This document shows, piece by piece, positions 38,187 to 46,780 of a stretch of DNA of 64,000 bases (position 1 is the stretch's first letter; each line of letters opens with the position of its first letter). The notes beneath the pieces were generated by a model. That model ran no database searches. It was not told the origin of the DNA and saw nothing but the letters and a program-made list of their open reading frames with translations. The stretch comes from Deltaproteobacteria bacterium HGW-Deltaproteobacteria-15 (GTDB lineage Bacteria; Desulfobacterota; DSM-4660; Desulfatiglandales; HGW-15), in contig PHBH01000024.1 in NCBI GenBank assembly GCA_002840535.1, positions 3,261 to 67,260 on the forward strand. Reading direction: 5' to 3'. Made by a program: the position numbers and the translations under genes.

Positions 38187-38285
38187 GGGTATCCTGCCGT
38201 TCACGGGTTTGCGTTCACGGCGGCGGTTTTAGCTCTATCGACATCACGAACGTCCGACTTGAGGAGAAAAACGCAAAAGCATGCT

Positions 38286-38315
38286 TTGACAAACTCGTCC
38301 CGATCGCCCTAAAAT
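38286..38315 (+). promoter_or_regulatory. sigma70-like promoter TTGACA-N18-TAAAAT; the -10 ends 7 nt before the ycgN ATG (possibly a leaderless transcript)
   Basis: Read from the sequence. Confidence 0.45.
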
Positions 38316-38321
38316 CTCATC

Positions 38322-38747
38322 ATGAGCCCCAGGACAAGTCCCTTTTGGGAAAAAAAGACGCTTCGACAGATGACCCGGCGCGAATGGGAGGCCCTCTGCG
38401 ACGGATGTGGAGCCTGCTGCCTCGAAAAGCAGGTGAACATGGTCACAGGCCTGATCACCGTGTTCTCTGTTTGTTGTGAATATCTGGATGTAAAGAGTTG
38501 CCGCTGCACGATCTACAAGGAGCGCGCTGTGAAGAATCCGGAATGTATCACGATTACACCCGGGAATGTCGGCAGGATGGGCTGGCTCCCTCAGACATGT
38601 GCATACCGGCTATTATCTGAAGGCAAAGACCTGGAGTGGTGGCATCCACTCCTTTCCCGGAATCCGGATACCGTTCACCAGGCAGGAATATCGATCCGAA
38701 ATCGCGCTGTCTCGGGAAAATTTGTGCATCCGGAGGATCTGAAATGA
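38322..38747 (+). CDS. ycgN: YcgN-family (UPF0260) cysteine-cluster protein
   Basis: PFW..KTL..M...EWE.LCDGCG.CCL ... EWLP.TCAYRLL.EGKDL..WHPL matches E. coli YcgN closely (from memory). Confidence 0.7.
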   Translation: MSPRTSPFWEKKTLRQMTRREWEALCDGCGACCLEKQVNMVTGLITVFSVCCEYLDVKSCRCTIYKERAVKNPECITITPGNVGRMGWLPQTCAYRLLSEGKDLEWWHPLLSRNPDTVHQAGISIRNRAVSGKFVHPEDLK

Positions 38748-40012
38748 GAGTCCTTTTGATATCCGCAAATACGGAGACCTTCGGGATGCCCGTTCTTCCC
38801 ATCGGCCTCGGGGCAGTGGCGGCTGCCACTGAAAAGGCAGGGCATGATGTGAGGACGCTTGACTTGCTCGGCGTGGATGACCCGGAACTTTCGATCAGGA
38901 AGACTGTGGAGGAGTTCGATCCGGAGGTCACGGGTATCTCAGTGAGAAACATCGACGACCAGAGCAAGGCAAACCCGAGATTCCTGCTGAGGAACGTGAA
39001 AGAGGTCGTCTCCTGGTGCAGGAACCTCTCGCCCGCGCCTGTTGTCGTCGGTGGATCGGGGTACAGCATCTTTCCTGAAAGCGCCTTAGCCTATCTGGGA
39101 GCGGACATGGGGATTCAGGGCGAAGGGGAAAACGGCTTCACGGTTCTCCTCTCTCGGATGCGGGAGGGGTCCGATCTTTCGGGTGTGCCGGGTCTTTACC
39201 TGCCGGGCCGAGGCAGAAGCGGACCGAGGCAGTTCGCAAAATGCCTGGATGACCTGCCTTTGCCCGAACCTCGACTCTGGGTTTCATCAGAGGACTTGGA
39301 CGAGTGGGTTCCCTTTCAGACGAGGAGAGGATGTCCCATGAGGTGCAGTTATTGCTCCACGGCATCCATTGAAGGCGATACCCTCCGGAAGCGGGATAAA
39401 AAGCTTGTGGCTGAATCCATAGCGAAATATGTGGAAACCGGGTTCACCAGATTTCATTTCGTGGACAATCTTTTCAATCTTCCCCCATCTTACTCCCTGG
39501 ATCTCTGCAGGGAACTCATACAGCGGGACCTTGGAATCTCCTGGCGGGCAATCGTCTACCCTGGAAAACTCAGCCGCGAACTGGTTGCAGCCATGAAGAA
39601 GGCCGGCTGCACAGAGGTGAGTCTCGGGTTCGAAAGCGGGTCGGACCGGGTTCTTCGCTCTATGCACAAGATGTTCAGCAGCAGTGAGGTTCGTCGCGCC
39701 TCGGACTTGTTCCGCGAAAATGGAATTCGCCGAATGGGTTTTCTTCTCCTCGGCGGCCCGGATGAGTCCCGGGAAACCGTTGAAGAAAGCCTTGCTTTTG
39801 TGGATTCCCTGGGTCTCGATGCGCTGAGGGTGACAATCGGGATCAGGATTTATCCATTCACCTCCCTGGCTGAAACGGCGCGCCGGGAAAACATGGTTGA
39901 TGCTGAGGACGATCTGCTGTTGCCCCGGTTTTATCTGAAACCGGGTCTCGAGGATTGGCTGAGGAAAACAGTACGAGAGTGGGCTGCAGGGCGGCCTTTT
40001 TTCATTACTTAG
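38744..40012 (+). CDS. B12-binding domain radical SAM protein (class B)
   Basis: N-terminal cobalamin-binding Rossmann region, CPMRCSYC radical-SAM cluster motif. The start overlaps the ycgN stop (ATGA). Confidence 0.8.
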   Translation: MRVLLISANTETFGMPVLPIGLGAVAAATEKAGHDVRTLDLLGVDDPELSIRKTVEEFDPEVTGISVRNIDDQSKANPRFLLRNVKEVVSWCRNLSPAPVVVGGSGYSIFPESALAYLGADMGIQGEGENGFTVLLSRMREGSDLSGVPGLYLPGRGRSGPRQFAKCLDDLPLPEPRLWVSSEDLDEWVPFQTRRGCPMRCSYCSTASIEGDTLRKRDKKLVAESIAKYVETGFTRFHFVDNLFNLPPSYSLDLCRELIQRDLGISWRAIVYPGKLSRELVAAMKKAGCTEVSLGFESGSDRVLRSMHKMFSSSEVRRASDLFRENGIRRMGFLLLGGPDESRETVEESLAFVDSLGLDALRVTIGIRIYPFTSLAETARRENMVDAEDDLLLPRFYLKPGLEDWLRKTVREWAAGRPFFIT

Positions 40013-40238
40013 CAGGGTGCTGAAAAACGCCCATCTGCGTCGTTGCCCTCATCCTTCGTCGTTGCGACGTACTGGTATATACGTCTCACTCCTCCGGATT
40101 TGTCCGTCAGGGGCACGGACACCCCACCCTGCGGGTGGGTCCCCATTTTCGGGCGCTCCCGCGAATAGCGGGATTGAAAGGGCACAACTTGCAGATGGGC
40201 ATTTTTGAGCGCCCTGCTACTCATTACAAGGGACACTC

Positions 40239-40643
40239 ATGTCCGAGAAGATAACCATTGAAGAGCTCCCGGTGACGGATCTTTTTCTCCGCCGGAAGCG
40301 GCTGATTCAGGAACGCGGTGTGCTTGCGCTCATCGAGGATGGGGTTTCCATTCGCCACCTGGGGTATTTCAGCCTGAAAAAAGGACCGGATTATTTTCGC
40401 GGTGGACACTTTCATGAAAAAAAGATAGAGCGCTTCTATATCATCAGCGGCAGGCTCAGGGTGGAATTCGTGGATCTCGAAACTGGAACCCCGGGCGAGG
40501 TTGAGGTGCGTGAAGGAATGCGCGTAGCTATTCATCCTAACTGCGCCCATCGCTTCAGGGCAGAAGAAGATGCGCAGGTGATCGAATATTACGACTCCGA
40601 CTATGATCCCGACGATGATAAAAGGTATGATTTCCCGCGATGA
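40239..40643 (+). CDS. cupin domain protein
   Basis: Small beta-barrel with a GGHFH motif. Weak SD. Confidence 0.5.
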   Translation: MSEKITIEELPVTDLFLRRKRLIQERGVLALIEDGVSIRHLGYFSLKKGPDYFRGGHFHEKKIERFYIISGRLRVEFVDLETGTPGEVEVREGMRVAIHPNCAHRFRAEEDAQVIEYYDSDYDPDDDKRYDFPR

Positions 40644-41433
40644 AGGGGTAGAGGAAAGCCTGAGACCATTGGGAAACAATTCGTATCTTGCTGCAGCGAT
40701 CCTCCTGTCCCTTCTCCTGTCGGCGCTTGCGACGGGGTGCGGAGGGAAGGCGCCAAGAGCCCCTGCGCCGCCGGTCAGGGCAGAGTTGGTCCGAATGGGC
40801 TATTCCGTTCAGGTGGGCGCTTTTTCCGATGTCCACAAGGCCATTCGTCTTGTAGAGGCCCTCGCTCGCCGGTCCGTCACCGCCTACTATTTCAGAGATT
40901 CCTCAGGTCTTTTCAAGGTTCGGTTCGGCGACTTTCCCACTGTTGAAGAGGCCCATACCGCTGCCGATACTCTTGCCCATGCCGGTGTGATCGGCGCCTT
41001 TCAAATAATCCGCCCTGAAGATTATGCCGTAGCAAAGACGAGGTTATACGGGATCAGTTGTCTCAGAAAGGAAATCGTGACTACTGCCGAGAATTTCATA
41101 GGCACCGGGTATCAGTGGGGCGGGCAATCGCCGGAAGAGGGGTTTGACTGCAGCGGTCTGGCTGTGGCGGTTTATCAGTTGAACGGCTTGAATCTGCCCC
41201 GTACCTCGAGGGAACAATATTTGGCGGGCGCTCCCGTGAAACGGGGTCGCCTGGACAAAGGAGATCTTGTCTTTTTTGCGATCAAAAAGGATAAAAGGGT
41301 CAACCACGTAGGGCTCTACGCAGGACAGGGAAGATTCATCCATGCCCCCGGGAGGGGCAAACCCATCCGGTACGATCTGCTCGAACATGCCTACTATTCT
41401 TCGAGGTATGTCGGAGGGAGGACGTATTTGTGA
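40627..41433 (+). CDS. SPOR-domain + NlpC/P60 (C40) peptidoglycan endopeptidase lipoprotein
   Basis: Lipobox LATGC; SPOR-like region (YSVQVGAFSD...); NlpC/P60 Cys-His (DCSGL...HVGLY). The start is uncertain between 40603 and 40627. Confidence 0.7.
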   Translation: MISRDEGVEESLRPLGNNSYLAAAILLSLLLSALATGCGGKAPRAPAPPVRAELVRMGYSVQVGAFSDVHKAIRLVEALARRSVTAYYFRDSSGLFKVRFGDFPTVEEAHTAADTLAHAGVIGAFQIIRPEDYAVAKTRLYGISCLRKEIVTTAENFIGTGYQWGGQSPEEGFDCSGLAVAVYQLNGLNLPRTSREQYLAGAPVKRGRLDKGDLVFFAIKKDKRVNHVGLYAGQGRFIHAPGRGKPIRYDLLEHAYYSSRYVGGRTYL

Positions 41434-41456
41434 GGGAAATGAACATCGAACCTTGA

Positions 41457-41879
41457 ATGGAAAAACCAATGAGAGAAGAAATCAGGAGAAGGATACTGGA
41501 GGCGAGCAAGGCGATCCCAACCGGGTATCTGAGTGACACCGTCATCAAGGAGACAATCCGATGCGTGCTCTTCGGAATCCTGAAAGAACAAGGGCTCATC
41601 CCTGTACCGGCATTTCGCAACCCACGCTACCCGGAGGGGGCGGTGGATATCGTAGGCGTCACCATCGGCCAGGAAAAGCTTCCTGCCATTGAAATGGCCT
41701 TTTGCAGCAATCCGGTAATCGAATTGGAAGACGTCAAGAAACTCGATCGCGTGCCCTGCGAGAAAAAGATGATCATCACTTTTTCCAGGGACAGGAAGAA
41801 GGTCGATATGACCAGGTTCTTTCTAAAGCCGGGAATCGACCACATTCATGTGCATGAGGAAACGGTCAAGAAGGCATAG
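41457..41879 (+). CDS. hypothetical protein
   Basis: ORF only, with no family recognised. Confidence 0.35.
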   Translation: MEKPMREEIRRRILEASKAIPTGYLSDTVIKETIRCVLFGILKEQGLIPVPAFRNPRYPEGAVDIVGVTIGQEKLPAIEMAFCSNPVIELEDVKKLDRVPCEKKMIITFSRDRKKVDMTRFFLKPGIDHIHVHEETVKKA

Positions 41880-41885
41880 TAACGG

Positions 41886-41921
41886 AAGGCAGGGAGGAGA
41901 AAAGCCTCTCCTGCCTTCCGG
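41886..41921. terminator. GC-rich hairpin between convergent genes (cggaaggcagggaggag-aaaagc-ctctcctgccttccg)
   Basis: Read from the sequence; no clear U-tail on either strand. Confidence 0.4.
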
Positions 41922-41954
41922 ACGCGTCGCACCTCAAGTGGTGAGGAATTATAC

Positions 41955-42116
41955 TCAACAGCAGCAGGGGTCCATGAAGAATTGACAGCCGGATTCTCCA
42001 TCCTCGCACGGTTCCACGGGATAATAACATGTGCAAGGATCATTCAGCTCCCGGCAACAGTCTTCGCCCGACATCTTCATGGAAGTTTCCTCCTGTTCCA
42101 TATCCTTCACAGTCAT
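41955..42116 (-). CDS. unannotated 53-aa cysteine-rich small protein (MTVKDMEQEETSMKMSGEDCCRELNDPCTCYYPVEPCEDGESGCQFFMDPCCC)
   Basis: Not in the ORF track (below its length cut-off). The ATG at 42116 is preceded by AAGGAGGTG (6-nt spacer). 9 Cys in the last 34 residues; acidic N-terminal half. Confidence 0.5.
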   Translation of the reverse strand: MTVKDMEQEETSMKMSGEDCCRELNDPCTCYYPVEPCEDGESGCQFFMDPCCC

Positions 42117-42371
42117 GAGAGTCACCTCCTTCCATCCAAGGCCTCGCCGCGGACTTCAAAACCCCGATCAGGCCAAGCAGCTTTGATTCTCAAGGAGGGC
42201 TTCAAATCGGCGATGCACTTGCTTTTTAAGCTAAGGATGAAACATCGAATCGCAAGACGGCGCAAGTGAGTCTCCACCCCCCGAGGGGGGCTCATGCGAG
42301 GGGATATGAATAAATCCGAAATCCGAAGCACGAAATACGAAACAATGCGACACTAGAGAGGAGAATCGACA

Positions 42372-42956
42372 ATGACGCAAACAATAGAGAGAACGGCACT
42401 CTACTTCAAGAAGAAGGGGCCTTCCAATACGGACAAAACGCTCGATGTCGCCCTTTCATTCTGCAAGGAGCAGAGTATCCGTAAGATAGTAGTGGCGTCC
42501 TCCACAGGCGAGACCGCCCTCAAGTGTCACGAAAAAGCGGGTTCCATGCAGATCGAGATGATTGCTGTGACTTATGGGGCCGGAACCAAGTATCGGGAGG
42601 AGGTGGAGGCCTTCAACCGAAACCACCAGCCACTTCTCAATAAAGGTATTCGGGTTGTCCGAGGGCTCCACGCATTGAGCGGGGTGGAGAGGACTTTCGA
42701 AAATCGCTACAAGTCCGGGTTTATTCCATTGAATGTGGTTGCCGATACTCTGCGGATGTTCTCTCAGGGAATGAAGGTATGCGTGGAGATCTCCATCATG
42801 GCGGCCGAGGCCGGCTACATCACCCCGGACGAGGACATAGTGGCGGTGGGCGGAAGCGGTACCGGGGCGGACACCGCGGTGCTGATCCGATCGGGGTATG
42901 CAGCCTCTCTCTTCGACACCAAGATCAAGGCCATCCTCTGCATGCCGGCTGGATGA
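42372..42956 (+). CDS. hypothetical protein, possibly pyruvate-kinase alpha/beta (PK_C)-like domain
   Basis: IVVASSTGETA...IEMIAVTY resembles the PK_C pattern; weak. Confidence 0.35.
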   Translation: MTQTIERTALYFKKKGPSNTDKTLDVALSFCKEQSIRKIVVASSTGETALKCHEKAGSMQIEMIAVTYGAGTKYREEVEAFNRNHQPLLNKGIRVVRGLHALSGVERTFENRYKSGFIPLNVVADTLRMFSQGMKVCVEISIMAAEAGYITPDEDIVAVGGSGTGADTAVLIRSGYAASLFDTKIKAILCMPAG

Positions 42957-43073
42957 GACGCGAGTTTTTCGCTTTTGAAAAAAGACCCCCATGCCCAAAC
43001 CCTGCGCCATTTTCAAAGAGCTAAAGGGTTACCATCTTTCTTTCCAACGTTCCATTATTCCCCGGAGGATTAA

Positions 43074-43910
43074 ATGCTCTCCAAGTTCTGGCTCCATGAA
43101 TTGACACGTCCTGCATTCGAAGAATGGCTGGAGAATGAACCCGATCCCGTTATCATCGTCGGTGTGGGCAGCCTGGAGCAGCACGGCCCTCACCTGCCCC
43201 TTGGCACGGACAGCCTCACCATCCGGGAATACATCCACGCGGTCGCGAAACGCACCAACAGCGTTTGTGTTCATCCCTGTTTTCCGGGCTACTCACCGCA
43301 CCATATGGGTTTCAAGGGAACGATTACATTTCGGGAAAGCACTTTAATTGCAGTCCTGATGGACACACTGGGCAGCCTCGCAAATCACGGGATCAAACGC
43401 TTCGTGCTCATGAATGGGCATGGAGGAAACACCAACATCGTCAATCTCACGATCCAACTGGCCAGGAGGGAATTCAAGGTCATGGTGGCGGCCCCGGAAG
43501 GCCCGGCCGACACGGATACAGCGAGAGCGCGCATAAACAGGCAGCGGAAACACTGGGACGTCCATAGCGGCCCCACAGAGACCAGCACGGCTCTTCACCT
43601 GTTTCCGGATCTGGTGGAGATGGGGAGACTGGAAGGCTGGAAACCGACCCTGAACATGCATCCTGACGTTATAGGATTCCTCAATCCGGAAAGAGAGGAT
43701 TACGCGCTTGCCGGCCAGGTGTTCCGGGCATGCACCGAACCGGACACCCATCACTTCACGAGCAGCGGTATATACGGCAACAACGATCCACGCGACGCCG
43801 ACACCGACGAGGCAACTGCCCGCTTTCATGAAAAGGTGGATTTTATTGTGGATTTCATTCGCATGTGGAAGGCCGTGCCCATTCCTCCTGCTTTCAGGAA
43901 CTGCACATGA
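43074..43910 (+). CDS. creatininase-family amidohydrolase
   Basis: SLEQHGPHLPLGTD and GHGGN motifs. GGAGGA SD. Confidence 0.75.
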   Translation: MLSKFWLHELTRPAFEEWLENEPDPVIIVGVGSLEQHGPHLPLGTDSLTIREYIHAVAKRTNSVCVHPCFPGYSPHHMGFKGTITFRESTLIAVLMDTLGSLANHGIKRFVLMNGHGGNTNIVNLTIQLARREFKVMVAAPEGPADTDTARARINRQRKHWDVHSGPTETSTALHLFPDLVEMGRLEGWKPTLNMHPDVIGFLNPEREDYALAGQVFRACTEPDTHHFTSSGIYGNNDPRDADTDEATARFHEKVDFIVDFIRMWKAVPIPPAFRNCT

Positions 43911-45193
43911 ATGTCATCTTCTTCACAATCGTTATGGTCTCCTTTCTCACATCCGCCTGGCAGCAGCTTGTCTGGATCCCGCTGGGGGGCCGAAAAAGCC
44001 CGATGGAAGCGCTTTCCACTGCTGTTGTGGACTCTGCGGCAGGATCCGTCGAACTGGCCCTCGGCCTCATCGGGGTGATGACCCTTTTTCTGGGACTCAT
44101 GAAGGTAGCGGAAGAGGGAGGAATTCTGAAGATTCTGGCGAGGCTCATCCGCCCTCTCATGGTCAGACTGTTCCCCGATGTGCCCCCGGAGCATCCCGCA
44201 ATGGGGGCCATGGTCCTGAACCTCTCCGCCAATGCCATGGGACTCGGAAATGCGGCCACTCCTTTCGGCATAAGAGCCATGCAGGAGCTTGAAAAACTCA
44301 ACCCAAGGCCCGGAACGGCAACGGATGCCATGGCCCTTTTTCTTGCCATCAACACCTCGAGCATCACCCTTCTTCCCACTGGTGTAATCGCCTTGCGCGC
44401 GGCTGCAGGGTCCACGGATCCTGCCGGCATCCTGCCGACCACACTCTTTGCGACTCTCTTCTCCACCGCGATCGCCATCCTTTCCGCTAAGCTTTATCGG
44501 CGGCTCCTCGGAAGAGATGCTGCTATGGCAGGGCCGGGAGTCGAACAAGATCCCGCGGCGCCCCCTGACGCGCCTGTTGAATCCACAGGAAAACCCTATC
44601 CGTTGTGGGTCAGCCTGGCCGCGCTGGTTATGGTTCTTGCCATGGTTCCGGTGACCGTGGTCTACGGCAGGGCCATCTCTCCGTGGGTCATTCCTTTTCT
44701 TGTAGCCGGGTTCCTGGTGTTCGGGATCGCAACGAAAGTCCGGGTCTATGAGGTCTTTGTGGAAGGGGCCAAGGACGGATTTCAGGTTGCTGTCAAAATC
44801 ATCCCCTATCTGGTGGCCATCCTGGTTGCGGTAGGGATGTTCCGCGCCAGCGGCGCCATGGACTTCATGGTCAAATGGCTGGGCCCCCTGACCGGCAGGC
44901 TCGGGCTGCCTCCTGAAGCATTGCCCATGGCACTCATGCGGCCCCTCTCCGGATCAGGCGCATACGGCATCATGGCCTCCATCATAAAGGACCCTGCCGT
45001 TGGTCCTGACAGTTACACGGGCTATCTGGTTTCCACGCTTCAGGGGTGCACGGAGACAACATTCTATGTCATGGCCGTATATTTCGGGGCCGTCCAGGTC
45101 CGCCGGGTCCGATACACCCTGGCAGCAGGGCTCACTGCCGACCTGGCCGGGATTGCAGCCTCTGTGGGTGCCTGTCTTTATTTGTACGGCTGA
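43907..45193 (+). CDS. nucleoside-recognition (Gate) domain membrane protein, SpmA/SpmB-like fusion
   Basis: Two Gate-domain halves. Start ATG 43907 overlaps the creatininase stop (ATGA). Confidence 0.6.
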   Translation: MNVIFFTIVMVSFLTSAWQQLVWIPLGGRKSPMEALSTAVVDSAAGSVELALGLIGVMTLFLGLMKVAEEGGILKILARLIRPLMVRLFPDVPPEHPAMGAMVLNLSANAMGLGNAATPFGIRAMQELEKLNPRPGTATDAMALFLAINTSSITLLPTGVIALRAAAGSTDPAGILPTTLFATLFSTAIAILSAKLYRRLLGRDAAMAGPGVEQDPAAPPDAPVESTGKPYPLWVSLAALVMVLAMVPVTVVYGRAISPWVIPFLVAGFLVFGIATKVRVYEVFVEGAKDGFQVAVKIIPYLVAILVAVGMFRASGAMDFMVKWLGPLTGRLGLPPEALPMALMRPLSGSGAYGIMASIIKDPAVGPDSYTGYLVSTLQGCTETTFYVMAVYFGAVQVRRVRYTLAAGLTADLAGIAASVGACLYLYG

Positions 45194-45353
45194 CAGGTTG
45201 AGCCAATTACTGACAGGAGCTCAAAATAGTTTGCACTCCGACGAGGCCGGCCCATTCTCCCATGCCATGCATGACAAAACGCAAACTATTTTGTGCTCCC
45301 CTCAATATCTTCACTCAGTGTGGGGGGCGCGACATCTCGGTGGTACTTTGACT

Positions 45354-46394
45354 ATGATCTTACGACGCACGCAGGAATCCGGCATCTTTATGCGGCTTGG
45401 CATACTCCTGACCGTCCTGGCTGCCGTCTGCGGTTCGGTAGACCCTTGCCATTCGGCGGAGGACGGTCCGCTGGTCAGCATTCAATTCGAAAACGATTTT
45501 TTCGGAGGTGGCACCGACAGGCATTTCAGCCATGGCTCGCGCATCGAGGTCCTGACAGGAAATATCGACTGGATAGCGGACACGGCGGATAAACTCCCAC
45601 GGTTCAAGACGAGGAGGCCACAGACAGATCCGGAGAAAGAGCTGAAGGCAAGAGTCAGCTTTTCCATCGGCCAGAACATCTATACGCCTGAGGATACGTA
45701 CACATCGGAGCTCGTCCGGGAAGATCGGCCCTATGCAGGGTGGCTCTATTTTGGGGTTGGATTGGTCGCCAACCAGGAGGGCAGTCGATATGACAAGCTC
45801 TATCTCGAGGTTGGGACGGTGGGTCCACACTCCTTTGCAGAGGATGTCCAGACTTACTGGCACTCTCTTTTTGGCCTGCATGTTCCCGAGGGCTGGGACA
45901 ACCAGCTGGAGAATGAACCCGGTGCAGCCCTTTACTACGAACAGGCCAGACGCTTTCCCCGGCCTTTCCTGTTTGGCCTGGGAATGGACATGATCCCTCA
46001 CTTTGGTGGAAGTGTGGGGAATGTCCTCACACACGGTGCTGTGGGACTCACCCTGCGAATCGGTGAAGATCTCGGGAAGGACTTCGGACCCCCGCGAATC
46101 CGCCCCAGTATGCCGGGAGGGACCTTCTACAGCCCTGGAGGAGGGTTCAAATGGTACATCTTCACCGGAGTGGAGGGTCGTGCCGTTCTCTACAACATCT
46201 TCCTCGACGGCAATACCTTTTCAGACAGCCATTCCGTGGACAAGAGACCCTTCGTGGGGGATGTCCAGGCAGGATTGGTGCTCCAGTGGAACCGTTTTCG
46301 ATTCAGCTATACCCAGATCCTCAGAACAAAGGAGTTCGAGGGTCAGGGGGATCCGGACATCTTCGGTTCACTCAGCCTATCCTACCACTTCTAG
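45354..46394 (+). CDS. outer-membrane protein, possibly lipid A deacylase LpxR-family (DUF2219-like)
   Basis: Signal peptide (MRLGILLTVLAAVCGS), ENDFF N-terminal motif, beta-barrel pattern ending in F. The start could be 45390. Confidence 0.4.
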   Translation: MILRRTQESGIFMRLGILLTVLAAVCGSVDPCHSAEDGPLVSIQFENDFFGGGTDRHFSHGSRIEVLTGNIDWIADTADKLPRFKTRRPQTDPEKELKARVSFSIGQNIYTPEDTYTSELVREDRPYAGWLYFGVGLVANQEGSRYDKLYLEVGTVGPHSFAEDVQTYWHSLFGLHVPEGWDNQLENEPGAALYYEQARRFPRPFLFGLGMDMIPHFGGSVGNVLTHGAVGLTLRIGEDLGKDFGPPRIRPSMPGGTFYSPGGGFKWYIFTGVEGRAVLYNIFLDGNTFSDSHSVDKRPFVGDVQAGLVLQWNRFRFSYTQILRTKEFEGQGDPDIFGSLSLSYHF

Positions 46395-46407
46395 AACACA
46401 AAGGCAG

Positions 46408-46652
46408 TTTCACCGCAGAGACGCAGAGCACGCAGAGAGAAGTATTCTTTTCCAATGGCGGGAGATACCGCCATTGGAAAACCCTCGCCCCTGCGCGGGA
46501 GGGGTTTCCTTTTCGCGCTGGTGGAACACTTCGGCAGAGTATTGACTGAGTTCTATATCAGAGAAGAAGATGAGCGAGCCTTTTTGTCTGCGGTCGTCTC
46601 CCCGCAGACAAAAAAGAATTCACTCTGCGCCCTCTGCGTCTCTGCGGTGAAA
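46408..46652. repeat. MITE-like structured repeat, copy 1 (TIR tttcaccgcagagacgcagag / ctctgcgtctctgcggtgaaa; two internal hairpins)
   Basis: Terminal inverted repeats and internal palindromes (ttccaatggcgg...ccgccattggaa; ttgtctgcgg...ccgcagacaa) are shared with 49331-49585 and 63166-63418. Confidence 0.75.
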
Positions 46653-46689
46653 CCCTCTTGCATGCTGGATACTGAATCCTTGAACTGAA

Positions 46690-46718
46690 TTTGACAGGGG
46701 CACGGCAGCCCCGTAGAA
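46690..46718 (+). promoter_or_regulatory. sigma70 promoter TTGACA-N17-TAGAAT upstream of the aldo/keto reductase gene
   Basis: Read from the sequence. Confidence 0.55.
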
Positions 46719-46780
46719 TGAACATCATCCAGTGATTATTGATCCGGCAGGCAGTTGCGGCCCACGCGGAGGTTTGAAGC

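Noticed and set aside
40190-40215. sigma54-like GGCAC...TTGCA (gggcacaacttgcag) upstream of the cupin gene at 40239
   Set aside because: GG-to-GC spacing is 2 nt too short relative to TGGCAC-N5-TTGCA, and the -24 element lacks the T.
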